From positions 1 to 64,000 of the forward strand of contig JBJDXJ010000063.1 in the NCBI GenBank assembly GCA_051866635.1: 64,000 nt of DNA. Reading direction: 5' to 3'. A program made the position numbers and the translations under genes. How positions within the stretch are numbered: position 1 is the first letter of the stretch; each line of letters opens with the position of its first letter. This document shows, piece by piece, positions 10,481 to 20,306 of this stretch. This stretch comes from Clostridia bacterium. Its GTDB lineage: Bacteria; Bacillota; Clostridia; UMGS1883. The notes beneath the pieces are model-generated. The model saw only the letters and a program-made list of their open reading frames with translations. It did no database searches and was not told the DNA's origin.

Positions 10481-10966
10481 ATGATGAAAACAATATATCT
10501 TGCAGGAGGCTGCTTCTGGGGGCTTCAGAAATTTATGGACCAATTTGACGGAATAGTTTCCACCACCGTGGGTTATGCCAACGGAAAAACAGAAACAACC
10601 ACCTATGAACTTGTAAAAAGCCAGATAAGTGACCACAGTGAAACTGTTAAAGTAGTTTACGATTCTTCAGTAATTTCTCTTAAAGAGATTTTAGAAAAAT
10701 TCTACCTTGTTATTGACCCCACTTCAATCAATAAACAGGGCGAAGACGAAAGGAGAAGCTACCGCACAGGAATTTATTACGAAGATCAATCTGACACAAC
10801 AATTATAAATGAAGTAACCCAATTGGAGCAAATGCACCATGACAAAAAAATTGTGGTTGAAATTGAACCAATCCGTAATTTCTGTGAAGCGGAAGAATAT
10901 CATCAAAAATATTTAGAAAAAAACCCCGACGGTTACTGCCATATAGGCGGTTGCTTTTTCGGGTAA
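10481..10966 (+). CDS. msrA: Peptide-methionine (S)-S-oxide reductase
   Basis: YLAGGCFWG, YRTGIY, AEEYHQKYL..NP.GYC. Confidence 0.95.
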   Translation: MMKTIYLAGGCFWGLQKFMDQFDGIVSTTVGYANGKTETTTYELVKSQISDHSETVKVVYDSSVISLKEILEKFYLVIDPTSINKQGEDERRSYRTGIYYEDQSDTTIINEVTQLEQMHHDKKIVVEIEPIRNFCEAEEYHQKYLEKNPDGYCHIGGCFFG

Positions 10967-10978
10967 AATAAAACATAC

Positions 10979-11022
10979 AAATGCCGCATAACGTATCTCT
11001 TTGAATACGATATGCGGCATTT
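10979..11022. terminator. Bidirectional terminator hairpin
   Basis: AAATGCCGCATA...TATGCGGCATTT between convergent genes. Confidence 0.75.
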
Positions 11023-11034
11023 AGGTTTAAAAAT

Positions 11035-12705
11035 TTATTCAATTATAACCGTGCTGCTGTCGTCTATCCACTCCACATTAAGTTTCAAGCTTTCTGCGAC
11101 AAAACGTAGCGGTACCAGTGTTCTTCCGTTTCTTATGGTTGGAAGCGTATCAAGTTGCTGTTCAATGCCATTTACATAGGCTTTAGAATTTCCAATAGCC
11201 ATTTTAACAAATATATCACCCTTTGTAACGGTAATTTCTTCTGTGTCATTATACCACTCTACTTCTGCTTTGAGTGTTTCCGAAACGGCACGAATTGGCA
11301 CGAGAGTACGACCGTTTTCTATCACAGGGAATACATTGTCGTATTTTGAAAAGTCAACCTTGATACCGTTTACAAATACGCTGATAGCATAATTGCCTTG
11401 ACCGCAAGTTGCACTGACGCTGTTTTCCGGCGTCACATTATCGGCTATTTCAACATATGATATAGGCTGAACAATATAGCTGTGTGTACTGCCTTTTTTA
11501 AGGCCGCTTAATGTGGCAGTGGTTTCCTTTGTTGTATTAAGCATTTCTACTTTGTCAGTATCTTCAAAATATTCAAAAATCTGATATTCATTTGCACCTT
11601 CTACACTTTCCCAAGAAAGTGTTATACTGTCATCTGTCTGCGATGATATATATACAACAGGCGAATCAAGTGTGGCAAGCTGTACTTTCTGTTCCGGCTC
11701 ATATCCGTTTAACACTTTAATGACTCTAAATCCCACATCATCATAACAGGCATTTCCATCTCTGCCTTCCTTGCGGTATTCTGTTCTGCAATCTGTTCTG
11801 TCGCTTTTCCAAGAACCACCCTTTATACCATAGATGGGAGTGTCATCATTTTCATCTCTTACAGTGGAAGTCCACTCCCAAACATTACCCCAAAAATCAA
11901 TGGCACCGTGTGCACCTCGGGTAACAAGAGCATACTCGTCTACAGGTGTTCTTCCATCATTTATACCACAGTTGAAATCTGCATCTTTAGGCATATGCCC
12001 TGCTACAAGCTCCCATTCGCTTTCGTTCGGTAAACGGTATGTGCTTACTCCGTCCTTTTCTGTCAGCCAATCACAATATGCTTTTCCATCATCAATAGAA
12101 ACATAATTTACCGGATAGCTTTCTTGGCTCTTAGGGTATGTTCCGTCCTCCCAGTTTTCCGGGGCTGTTCTGCCGGTTTCTCTAATAAACTTTGAATACT
12201 CTGAATTTGTCACCTGTGTTCGTTTTATATATATGCTTTCTCCGGCACCCATAACTGGTATATAGTCATATTGTGCGGCGTCAGAAATTCTCCATTTGAG
12301 AAGTCTTGTGTCTGTAAATCGAAGCATACTGCTGTTAATTCTGTTCCAATATGTAATATACATATCCTGCACAATTTCTTCCATTTCTGCAACAATTTCA
12401 GCTCCACCCGGCTTACCGCTGGTTTCGTCTTTCAGCTCTGCAAGTTTTTCTTCTTTTCTGTCAAGGACTGCGTTGTAGTTTTCTATGACTATTGCCCTGA
12501 GGTTTATGTAATTTTCCTCTGTGGGATCTTTTTGATATAAAGAAATCAATTTTTTTGTTTCTTCGCTTAGCTCAGGCTGTTCCTTTTCGATAAAGTCGCT
12601 GTTTTCGTACATATTATCTGCGTTTGCAATAACTATTGTATTTGTTATAACCGTTGCCGCCATAATTAATGCTAAAAGAAATTTTGCAATTTGTCCCTCT
12701 TTCAT
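11035..12705 (-). CDS. Secreted FGE/SUMF1-sulfatase-domain + Fn3 + copper-amine-oxidase-N (stalk) domain protein
   Basis: Signal peptide; YRLPNESEWE, GNVWEW, GFRV; SITLSW Fn3; NGRTLVP(I/L)R twice. Confidence 0.85.
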   Translation of the reverse strand: MKEGQIAKFLLALIMAATVITNTIVIANADNMYENSDFIEKEQPELSEETKKLISLYQKDPTEENYINLRAIVIENYNAVLDRKEEKLAELKDETSGKPGGAEIVAEMEEIVQDMYITYWNRINSSMLRFTDTRLLKWRISDAAQYDYIPVMGAGESIYIKRTQVTNSEYSKFIRETGRTAPENWEDGTYPKSQESYPVNYVSIDDGKAYCDWLTEKDGVSTYRLPNESEWELVAGHMPKDADFNCGINDGRTPVDEYALVTRGAHGAIDFWGNVWEWTSTVRDENDDTPIYGIKGGSWKSDRTDCRTEYRKEGRDGNACYDDVGFRVIKVLNGYEPEQKVQLATLDSPVVYISSQTDDSITLSWESVEGANEYQIFEYFEDTDKVEMLNTTKETTATLSGLKKGSTHSYIVQPISYVEIADNVTPENSVSATCGQGNYAISVFVNGIKVDFSKYDNVFPVIENGRTLVPIRAVSETLKAEVEWYNDTEEITVTKGDIFVKMAIGNSKAYVNGIEQQLDTLPTIRNGRTLVPLRFVAESLKLNVEWIDDSSTVIIE

Positions 12706-14111
12706 AAAACTTCACTCGCTTTCATCTTTTTAATTAATTTGAAAGTAAATATACTTCCTTTCCCTAATTCACTTTGTGCATAAACTTCTCCACCGAGAGC
12801 ATTAGCTATCCATTTTACCATTGAAAGTCCAAGTCCTGAGGAGCCGTTTTCACAGTAGCTTCTTGCCCTGTCAACTTGGTAAAATCTCTCCCATATTTTC
12901 GGGAGGTCTTCTTCTGATATGCCTATACCAGTATCTTTTACGGAGAAAACAATGTCTTCATCAGTTTCTTTCAGTTTAACCGTAACACTTCCGATTTTCT
13001 TGTTATATTTGTACGCATTTGTAATTAAGTTTACAAACAATCTTGAAACGAGTGCTCGGTCAATGTTTGCATAGACTTTATCATCTATATCCCTTATCAG
13101 TTTTATTTTGCCGCTTTGTATTTTTTCCTGTTCATCACATATAAAGTTTAAAAGCTCGCTGATATCAGTTTTTTCAAACTGTGCTACAATCTTATTTTTA
13201 TCCATTCTTGAAAGTGTCAAAAGCTCTGTCACTAAAGTGGACATTTTCTTTGCTTGTCTTTCCACCATATTCAGTGAATTCTCAAAATCGGTGGAGCCCC
13301 TCTCACATTCCTTCATAAATTCACATTCGGAAAGCATAACCGTAATCGGAGTACGAAGCTCGTGAGATACATCTGATGTAAACTGCTTTTCTTTATCAAC
13401 AAGTTTTTCGATTTTATCTAGCATTTCATCAAAAGTATTAGCCAAATGACCTATTTCATCGTTTCTTTTGCCAATGTTAATTCGCTTGCTTATATCAGAA
13501 CTGCTCGCAATCTCATTGGCTGTATCAACAATTTTATTGATTGGATTTAACAACTTTCCAAGCATTAAATAACCGCCAATGCTTGCTAAAAGAATGAGAA
13601 TTACTGCAAGAATTATGTTATACTTCCTCGAAACATCAAAAGCATATTCTTCGTTTGTTGCCGGAAATACTCCCTTGAGCCAATACTCGCTTCCATCATC
13701 AAGGATAATTTTTCTGTCAAAAATATAATATTTGTCATTATCATAAACCTCATAACGAAAGCCCTCGTTTTCAAAAGAATTTGATAATACAACAGCAAAG
13801 GGCAATTCTGCTCCGATTAGTTCCTTATTATTGTTATACAAAAGATAATGCACGCCTTTTTCATAATATCTCATTTTCTGCGGAGCTTCTGTATGTCTTT
13901 GTGATATGTAACCTTTTGAAAGCATATCATTTAAGCGTATCTCAACCTTTTCTTCCATAGCGTTCATCGAAACTATCATTCTGTTTTCAACAACATCATT
14001 TACTGTCTGCCTTTGAAAATATAATAGTATGCCGGAGCAGGCAGAAACAATTAAAACTGTAAATACGGTAAATAATAAAACTATTTTAAATTTTACAGAT
14101 GATTTACTCAT
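12702..14111 (-). CDS. HAMP-domain sensor histidine kinase
   Basis: 2 TM segments, HAMP, SHELRTP, NLITNAYKY, DTGIG, GLGLS. Confidence 0.95.
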   Translation of the reverse strand: MSKSSVKFKIVLLFTVFTVLIVSACSGILLYFQRQTVNDVVENRMIVSMNAMEEKVEIRLNDMLSKGYISQRHTEAPQKMRYYEKGVHYLLYNNNKELIGAELPFAVVLSNSFENEGFRYEVYDNDKYYIFDRKIILDDGSEYWLKGVFPATNEEYAFDVSRKYNIILAVILILLASIGGYLMLGKLLNPINKIVDTANEIASSSDISKRINIGKRNDEIGHLANTFDEMLDKIEKLVDKEKQFTSDVSHELRTPITVMLSECEFMKECERGSTDFENSLNMVERQAKKMSTLVTELLTLSRMDKNKIVAQFEKTDISELLNFICDEQEKIQSGKIKLIRDIDDKVYANIDRALVSRLFVNLITNAYKYNKKIGSVTVKLKETDEDIVFSVKDTGIGISEEDLPKIWERFYQVDRARSYCENGSSGLGLSMVKWIANALGGEVYAQSELGKGSIFTFKLIKKMKASEVL

Positions 14112-14781
14112 TTTCTTCCCTCAACACATAGCCGTTTCCCCTAATTGTGTGAATTAGCTTTTTGGGGAAGGGATCGTCTATTTTCTTTCTAAGATACCAT
14201 ATATAAACATCAACAACATTTGTTCCTCCGGCATAATCAAAGCTCCAAACATTGTTTGCTATTCTTTCATGTGATAAAACCTTGCCTTTGTTTTTTATCA
14301 AATATTCAAGCAAATTAAACTTTCTTGCAGAAAGTTCTATTATTTTTTCTCCTCTTGTAACTGCATGGGTAGCAATATCAACCGACAAATCTCCAACAGT
14401 GTAAATGTTTGTGGGGCTGTTTGCAGTTTTTCGTGTAATAGCACGAAGCCTTGCTAAAAGCTCCTCGAATACAAAAGGCTTTACCATATAATCTTGTGCT
14501 CCGGTATCCAGTCCTTTTATAATATCTTCTGTTGTATCTTTTGCGGTAAGTAGCACCACAGGTGTAAGATTTCCCGATTTTCGTATTTCCAAAAGAACAT
14601 CAAGTCCGCTTTTCTTAGGCATCATTATGTCAAGTATTACCGCATCAAATTCTCCGGCTGAAATGTAATCTATGGCTTCCTCCCCATCAAAACACGAATC
14701 AACCGCATTTCCCGCTTTTTTAAGTCTCCTTGAAAGGCTTTCGTTCAAATCTCTGTCATCTTCAACAACAAGCAATCTCAT
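14104..14781 (-). CDS. OmpR/PhoB-family response regulator
   Basis: VEDD, LDIMMP, LTAK, KPF, IHTIRGNGY. Confidence 0.95.
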   Translation of the reverse strand: MRLLVVEDDRDLNESLSRRLKKAGNAVDSCFDGEEAIDYISAGEFDAVILDIMMPKKSGLDVLLEIRKSGNLTPVVLLTAKDTTEDIIKGLDTGAQDYMVKPFVFEELLARLRAITRKTANSPTNIYTVGDLSVDIATHAVTRGEKIIELSARKFNLLEYLIKNKGKVLSHERIANNVWSFDYAGGTNVVDVYIWYLRKKIDDPFPKKLIHTIRGNGYVLREENE

Positions 14782-14837
14782 AGATAAATCACCTTCTTTT
14801 TTAGTTACTTATAATTTTATCATAGATTTATGTCAAG

Positions 14838-16703
14838 TCAATTATTGTTTCTTTTTGCATCGGCACTTGTAACCATGGTAAATTTTTTCGATTGCTTAAA
14901 AACATATTCCTTACTGCCTATTGTCAAAGTATATTTATTTCCGATTTGAATTTGCGGGGAAGTAATTGTAACTGCCTCAAACTTATTGATTGGGCAGAAT
15001 GAAATGATTTCATTGTTGTTTTCATCTGCAAGTTTTATATATGTATTCGCTTCTTGCACACTTCCCGTAAAAACAACGGTATTTTGAACATTGTCCGGAT
15101 TGTCTGTTGCATATTTAATTTGTGAAGTGTATATCATATTTACCCCATTTGTTATTGTAACAGGGGCTGCTCCCGTGTCAATTACTTCACCCCTATTACG
15201 GGAGGCTTTTATATTACCGCCGTTAAAAATCGCTGCTGCATTTGAGTCAATACAGTCATCCTGTGCGTAAATCTCTATATTTCCTCCGTTAATTACAAGT
15301 GTATTAGGTCTTTTGCTTGCCGCCATTTTAACGGGGTTTTCAGTATAAATCACATCAGCACCTGAGTTAATTCCGTCATCTGTTGCATTGATATAAATAT
15401 CTCCGTCGTTAATTGTTACCGTTTGTTTGCTTTCAATACCCTCTGTGGCGTTTTCAATTCGTATATTACCGCCGTCTATCGTAACATCTCCAAGTCCTGA
15501 AATTCCTTTGCGTGAGGAATTAATAACGATTTTACCGTCTGAAATTATTATTGCGTTTTCACTGTCAATACCGTCACCTGTTGCATTTATCGTGATATTT
15601 CCGCCTGACAGGGTACAGGTATCGTTTATATGAATTCCGTCAGAAAATGCTTTAATAAAAATATTTCCGTTTTCTATGTCCAAATCATCCGATGCTTTTA
15701 TTCCGTGTCCCGTTTTAGAAATTACATTAAGCGTTCCCTTACCTTTAATTTCCAAATCGTCTTTTGAATATATGGCTCCGTCCTCGCTGTTTTCGGCACC
15801 TATTGTATTGTTTGTGCCTTCTTCAACAGTAATGAACATTTTATCAGCTGCTTCTGTAAATATTGCCGGACCTTTTGATGATGTGATATTTGCATTTTTT
15901 AGTCTAAGTTTTACTCTGTCAGCCGTATTTATATGTATCATCCCGTCATTTAAGTTGCCGCTTACAGTATAATCTCCGCCCTCTGTGATGACAATATCGC
16001 TATCTTCAAATAGGACAGTATTACTTGTAGATGCCTTTTCATCTAAATCAATACTCTGTATGTTCAGTTTCCATAGGTCTTTTTCATCTGTTATTTTTAG
16101 CCTGAACATATTGTAAATTATCGTAGCGACCTCTGCATTGGAAAGTATCTTTTGCGGCTCTATTCTGTTTTCGTTCGTTCCGTGGATAATTTCCATATTC
16201 ACAAGTGTGTTTATGCTCATCTTTGCCCATTCCGATATACTGTCATAATCATTGAAAGATACTAATAAATCTTCATTGGGCACTTCGGGGACAATATCAA
16301 GCTTCAATAACGCACGATATAAAAAGGTCATTGCCATTTCTCTTGTCAAACCGTCATTTGGTGCAAAAAGATTGTTTCCTACACCGCTTGTAATGTTGTT
16401 TTCTTCTGCCCAACCTATTGCCGAAAAGAAGTTGTCGCCTTCCTGTACATCGGAAAAATTAGAAAGATACACCTTTTCACTTTCCCGGGAAGATTTGTAC
16501 AAGGCGTAAACATACTCTGCCCGTGAAGTCTGTCCATTGGGGTTAAATAAGCTACCGTTATCAGGCATTATTCCTCTTTCCGAAACGAAGTCAACCGCTT
16601 CTTTGTACCACGCATCCTTTGGAACATCTACATACATTTTTGCCGATACCGTCAAGGACGACAGCATAGCTAAAATTATAATAAAGCTTAATAACTTTTT
16701 CAT
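14838..16703 (-). CDS. SLH + Cthe_2159-like carbohydrate-binding beta-helix protein
   Basis: Signal peptide, SLH repeats (LTREMA); GAIYSKDDL, GHGIKASDDL and repeated I.GGNI.I.A.DDGI. Confidence 0.85.
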   Translation of the reverse strand: MKKLLSFIIILAMLSSLTVSAKMYVDVPKDAWYKEAVDFVSERGIMPDNGSLFNPNGQTSRAEYVYALYKSSRESEKVYLSNFSDVQEGDNFFSAIGWAEENNITSGVGNNLFAPNDGLTREMAMTFLYRALLKLDIVPEVPNEDLLVSFNDYDSISEWAKMSINTLVNMEIIHGTNENRIEPQKILSNAEVATIIYNMFRLKITDEKDLWKLNIQSIDLDEKASTSNTVLFEDSDIVITEGGDYTVSGNLNDGMIHINTADRVKLRLKNANITSSKGPAIFTEAADKMFITVEEGTNNTIGAENSEDGAIYSKDDLEIKGKGTLNVISKTGHGIKASDDLDIENGNIFIKAFSDGIHINDTCTLSGGNITINATGDGIDSENAIIISDGKIVINSSRKGISGLGDVTIDGGNIRIENATEGIESKQTVTINDGDIYINATDDGINSGADVIYTENPVKMAASKRPNTLVINGGNIEIYAQDDCIDSNAAAIFNGGNIKASRNRGEVIDTGAAPVTITNGVNMIYTSQIKYATDNPDNVQNTVVFTGSVQEANTYIKLADENNNEIISFCPINKFEAVTITSPQIQIGNKYTLTIGSKEYVFKQSKKFTMVTSADAKRNNN

Positions 16704-16893
16704 GCATAATTCTCCTCGCTTTCATAGTTTTATTATACACTGAAAAAATTAGACTATTATTAGAAAACCGTGTAAAATTTAATTTTTTATAATATAACAT
16801 AAAATCCCCTTATAACAGTCTTGAATAACTTTTTGTTTTTCAAGTGTCTGCTCTAAAGGGATTATATCAATCATTTCGCTATAGCTATTTATT

Positions 16894-17742
16894 TCATTTA
16901 AGTATATCTTTTATTAATTCCTTATCAATTTCAAATTCCGGGCATCCCTGTGCACCTGCCGCCACTTCATACTTATCATAACAGATTACAATATTGCCCT
17001 TGTCATTTATTAAGAATTTCACATCCTCTGTTATTCCTTGGTAGCCGTCGGTATATTCGTCCTTTTCCACCCAGAACAAACCTTCTTCTTCGTTATTTCG
17101 GCGTATCATTTCATCCTTGACTATTGTGCTGATGGGTGTTATATAGTCGGCGTTTTCTTTAAAAAGCCCTTTTAGTGTTACTATTTCCCCTGTTTTCTTA
17201 TTTACTGTATAGAATTTATGCGTTGTTGAGGAAGAACCCACCACGTTGAAATAGTAAATGTCTATTGCATAATAATCATCGGTGTCTGTCCTGACAATAT
17301 AGTCGCTTTCAAATCCCATATGCACATCTTCACCATATTCTTCCATAAGTGCATTTGCTTCTTTTTCAAATTCTTCAATCAGCTTCTGTGCATTTTCTCC
17401 AAGCTCACTGTTTATCTCCTCCATCAGCTTTTCATCCTTTAGCCCTTCTATTTGTGGCGTTACAATAGTTGCCTCACTGCCGCCTATTTTATTTTCGTAA
17501 CGATTAAGTGTAACAACCCTCACAATGCTCCCTAAAAGCGGAACTTCGTTCATAGCATATGCAAAGGAAGGTGAAATGTTTGCACTTACAGTTACCATAA
17601 CAAGCATCACAGCCACGGTACCGCCTAAAACTTTTCCTACGTTTGATATTTTATTTCTCATAATTTTCCCCCTCACTTTTTTTCTGAGTCTGTCACTTGC
17701 CACATGTTCTTCATTGCCTCTTAAAAAGTCGTACATAATCAC
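16894..17742 (-). CDS. RsiV-like anti-sigma factor (DUF4179/DUF3298-type)
   Basis: One TM, NISPSFAYAM..VPLLGSIVRVVT, YDKYEVAAGAQGCPEF; follows an ECF sigma gene. Confidence 0.85.
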   Translation of the reverse strand: MIMYDFLRGNEEHVASDRLRKKVRGKIMRNKISNVGKVLGGTVAVMLVMVTVSANISPSFAYAMNEVPLLGSIVRVVTLNRYENKIGGSEATIVTPQIEGLKDEKLMEEINSELGENAQKLIEEFEKEANALMEEYGEDVHMGFESDYIVRTDTDDYYAIDIYYFNVVGSSSTTHKFYTVNKKTGEIVTLKGLFKENADYITPISTIVKDEMIRRNNEEEGLFWVEKDEYTDGYQGITEDVKFLINDKGNIVICYDKYEVAAGAQGCPEFEIDKELIKDILK

Positions 17743-18206
17743 ACAATCTCCCCTCTGAGCTTTTTTATTGCGGAATAAAATCTGGTTTTTGCAGTATTTT
17801 CATTAATATTAAGGACCTTGCCTATCTCCTCGAAAGTTAAATCGTCACAGCATTTTAAAACCACAACGGCTTTTGAATTTTCATCCAAAAGGTTTATCAT
17901 ACTTTCAAAGTTAATATGTGAATAGTCATCCTCTGTGAAATTAAATTCCATTTTATCAGGCTCTAAACTTATGTATCTCCCATTTTTCTTCAAAGCTGTA
18001 AGGGCAGTATTTGCAACAATAGAGTATACATAGCATTTTATGTTTTTCTCATCTTTTATTCTATTCGCTGATTTCAACGCTTTAACAACACTGTCGCTTA
18101 CCACATCTTCTGCATCTTCACGGTTACGCATATATGTATAGGCAAACCTGTATATATTATCTAAATTTTCTTCAAGAAATTTTTCCAGCTGTTTTCGCTT
18201 CCGCAT
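17739..18206 (-). CDS. ECF RNA polymerase sigma factor (SigV-like)
   Basis: YRFAYTY...DAEDVV; LTFEEIG..L..NENTAKTR. Confidence 0.9.
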   Translation of the reverse strand: MRKRKQLEKFLEENLDNIYRFAYTYMRNREDAEDVVSDSVVKALKSANRIKDEKNIKCYVYSIVANTALTALKKNGRYISLEPDKMEFNFTEDDYSHINFESMINLLDENSKAVVVLKCCDDLTFEEIGKVLNINENTAKTRFYSAIKKLRGEIV

Positions 18207-18244
18207 TTTATCAACTCCTCTTCTATTTTTAATCCTTTCACATA

Positions 18245-18274
18245 TTAGACTTTTTTACAGGCAAAATAGTTTTA
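18245..18274 (-). promoter_or_regulatory. Putative ECF-type autoregulatory promoter
   Basis: TAAAAC...GTCTAA on the minus strand about 40 nt upstream of the sigma gene, similar to AAAC/GTC ECF promoters. Confidence 0.45.
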
Positions 18275-18288
18275 ATTTTTTTTAAAAA

Positions 18289-18333
18289 ATTAAGGTTGCA
18301 GCAATAATTTAAATAAATTTGCCGCAACCTAAT
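18289..18333 (-). terminator. Putative terminator after uppP
   Basis: AGGTTGCAGCAA...TTGCCGCAACCT imperfect hairpin with a T-run on the minus strand. Confidence 0.55.
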
Positions 18334-18334
18334 T

Positions 18335-19183
18335 TTAAAGGACGAAATATAATAATACAATAACGCCAAGTACAATTCTGTACCAACCAAAAACTTTAAA
18401 GTCGTGCTTTTTAATATAACCTATAAGGAATTTAATTGCAAGTATCGAAACCACAAAGGCAACTACCATACCTACAATCAAAACTGCCAATTCTGTAGAA
18501 GTAAAAGCAAAGCCAAATTTTAAAAGCTTCAACGCACTGGCACCGAACATTACGGGAATTGCTAAGAAGAACGTGAATTCAGCAGCAAGCTCCCTGCTTG
18601 TTCCAATCAAAATACCTCCGATAATTGTTGAACCTGACCTACTTGTACCGGGTATTAAGGAAAGCACCTGGAAAATTCCGATTAATAATGCATCTTTAAA
18701 GCTAAGGTCTTTTAGACTTGTTACACGAGGTGTACGTTTTTTGTTGTAGTTTTCAATGAGGATAAATACAACACCGTAAAAAATAAGTGCTATTGCTACA
18801 ACAAAACCGTTATGTAAATGTTCATCCATCCAGTCATCCAATGGAAGTCCCACTATCATAGCCGGCAGACATGCCACAACAATCTTAAGCCAAAGGATAA
18901 TTTTGTCCATGTAGCAGTAATTGTCTAAAAATTTACCTGTTTTTTCCACAGCGTTTTTCTTTGTGTGGAAAGGCCACAGCTTGCTCCAGTACAGCACTAC
19001 AACAGCCAGTATGGCACCAAGCTGAATTACAACATTGAACATTTCCATAAATGCTTCGCTCTGATTTAGCTTTACAAATTCGTCAACTAAAATCAAATGA
19101 CCTGTACTGCTTATGGGCAGCCACTCAGTAATACCTTCAATAACCCCCAAAAGTAAAACCTTAAGCCATTCTACAAGGTTCAT
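18335..19183 (-). CDS. uppP: Undecaprenyl-diphosphate phosphatase
   Basis: [31 protein letters not shown]; start MNLVEW after AAGGAAG. Confidence 0.96.
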   Translation of the reverse strand: MNLVEWLKVLLLGVIEGITEWLPISSTGHLILVDEFVKLNQSEAFMEMFNVVIQLGAILAVVVLYWSKLWPFHTKKNAVEKTGKFLDNYCYMDKIILWLKIVVACLPAMIVGLPLDDWMDEHLHNGFVVAIALIFYGVVFILIENYNKKRTPRVTSLKDLSFKDALLIGIFQVLSLIPGTSRSGSTIIGGILIGTSRELAAEFTFFLAIPVMFGASALKLLKFGFAFTSTELAVLIVGMVVAFVVSILAIKFLIGYIKKHDFKVFGWYRIVLGVIVLLYFVL

Positions 19184-19293
19184 ATCATTTCCTTCTTTCC
19201 GATTATTAATACTGTTATACCTTATACATAATACCATAAATTTAAAAAAATGCAAGCCGTCCATACAAAAATAGTGTATCATATTTCAATTTA

Positions 19294-19338
19294 AAAGCCA
19301 CGGCAAAATAGTTTCCGATACTATTTTGCCGCGGCTTT
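19294..19338 (-). terminator. Intrinsic terminator
   Basis: AAAGCCACGGCAAAATAGT...ACTATTTTGCCGCGGCTTT. Confidence 0.7.
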
Positions 19339-19343
19339 GACAT

Positions 19344-20282
19344 TTACAAAAACAATTCGTTTTTATAATCAAACACAGGTTTATCATTTTCATCGTATGT
19401 AACCTTCATAATCATTGCATGACGGTTAATGTCGTCAAGGGGGTCGCCTTCAATCTTTTCAAAATCCCTGGCGTGGTACACGCAAATGTCACTGCCATCT
19501 TCATCCTTGACAAAGCTGTTGTGACCGGGTCCGAACACCTCAAATGAAGCGTCTGTCTTTAAAACAGGATAACGCTCCTTTTTCCATGCGGCAGGGTCTA
19601 AGATTTCAGCATTTTCGTCAATTGAAAGCATACCCATACAGTAGCATGCACCTGTTGCTGAAGCAGAATATGTAACATATATTTTGCCATTGTGCTTTAA
19701 TACTGCCGGCCCTTCTTCTACCCATTCGTCAACCCTTTCCCAATCGTATGTGGGAGTAGAAAGGATAACCAGCTTTGTTTTAAGCTTTGTGGGTGTTTCC
19801 ATTTCGGCAATACAAAGATTACTCATACCTTTCCATATGCGGACTTTTTCTGCCCATATCATATACCATTTACCATGGTTTTCAAATACAGTGTTATCAA
19901 GAGAGAATGATTTGAAGCTGAAACCGTCCCCTTTTGCCGCTTTCATCTGACCTAATTCTTCCCATTTATCTTTCATGGGATTACCTTCACACTTTAACAC
20001 ATAAGGGCGTATTTTCCATATGTTATCGGCTTTGCTTGCCGCAACATATATATAGAAGGCTCCGTCTATATAGTGAAGCTCCGGTGCCCAGATATAACCT
20101 GACATTTCGCCCTCATCGTGCTTTTTCCAGATTATTTTTTCTTCAGCTTGGGACAAGCCTGACAGGGTATCACTTTCACGAAGGGCAATGTAATCATACC
20201 TTGGTGCTGTTGCTATAAAGTAATACTTACCATTAATTTTTGTTGCAAAAGGGTCTGCATTGTGTTTTATCCACGCTTTCAT
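19344..20282 (-). CDS. GH43 glycoside hydrolase (alpha-L-arabinofuranosidase-like), cytoplasmic
   Basis: ADP, IWAPE, VEEGP, GPGHNSF and YHAR motifs. Confidence 0.9.
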   Translation of the reverse strand: MKAWIKHNADPFATKINGKYYFIATAPRYDYIALRESDTLSGLSQAEEKIIWKKHDEGEMSGYIWAPELHYIDGAFYIYVAASKADNIWKIRPYVLKCEGNPMKDKWEELGQMKAAKGDGFSFKSFSLDNTVFENHGKWYMIWAEKVRIWKGMSNLCIAEMETPTKLKTKLVILSTPTYDWERVDEWVEEGPAVLKHNGKIYVTYSASATGACYCMGMLSIDENAEILDPAAWKKERYPVLKTDASFEVFGPGHNSFVKDEDGSDICVYHARDFEKIEGDPLDDINRHAMIMKVTYDENDKPVFDYKNELFL

Positions 20283-20306
20283 ATGTAATTCCTCCACTTA
20301 TAATTT

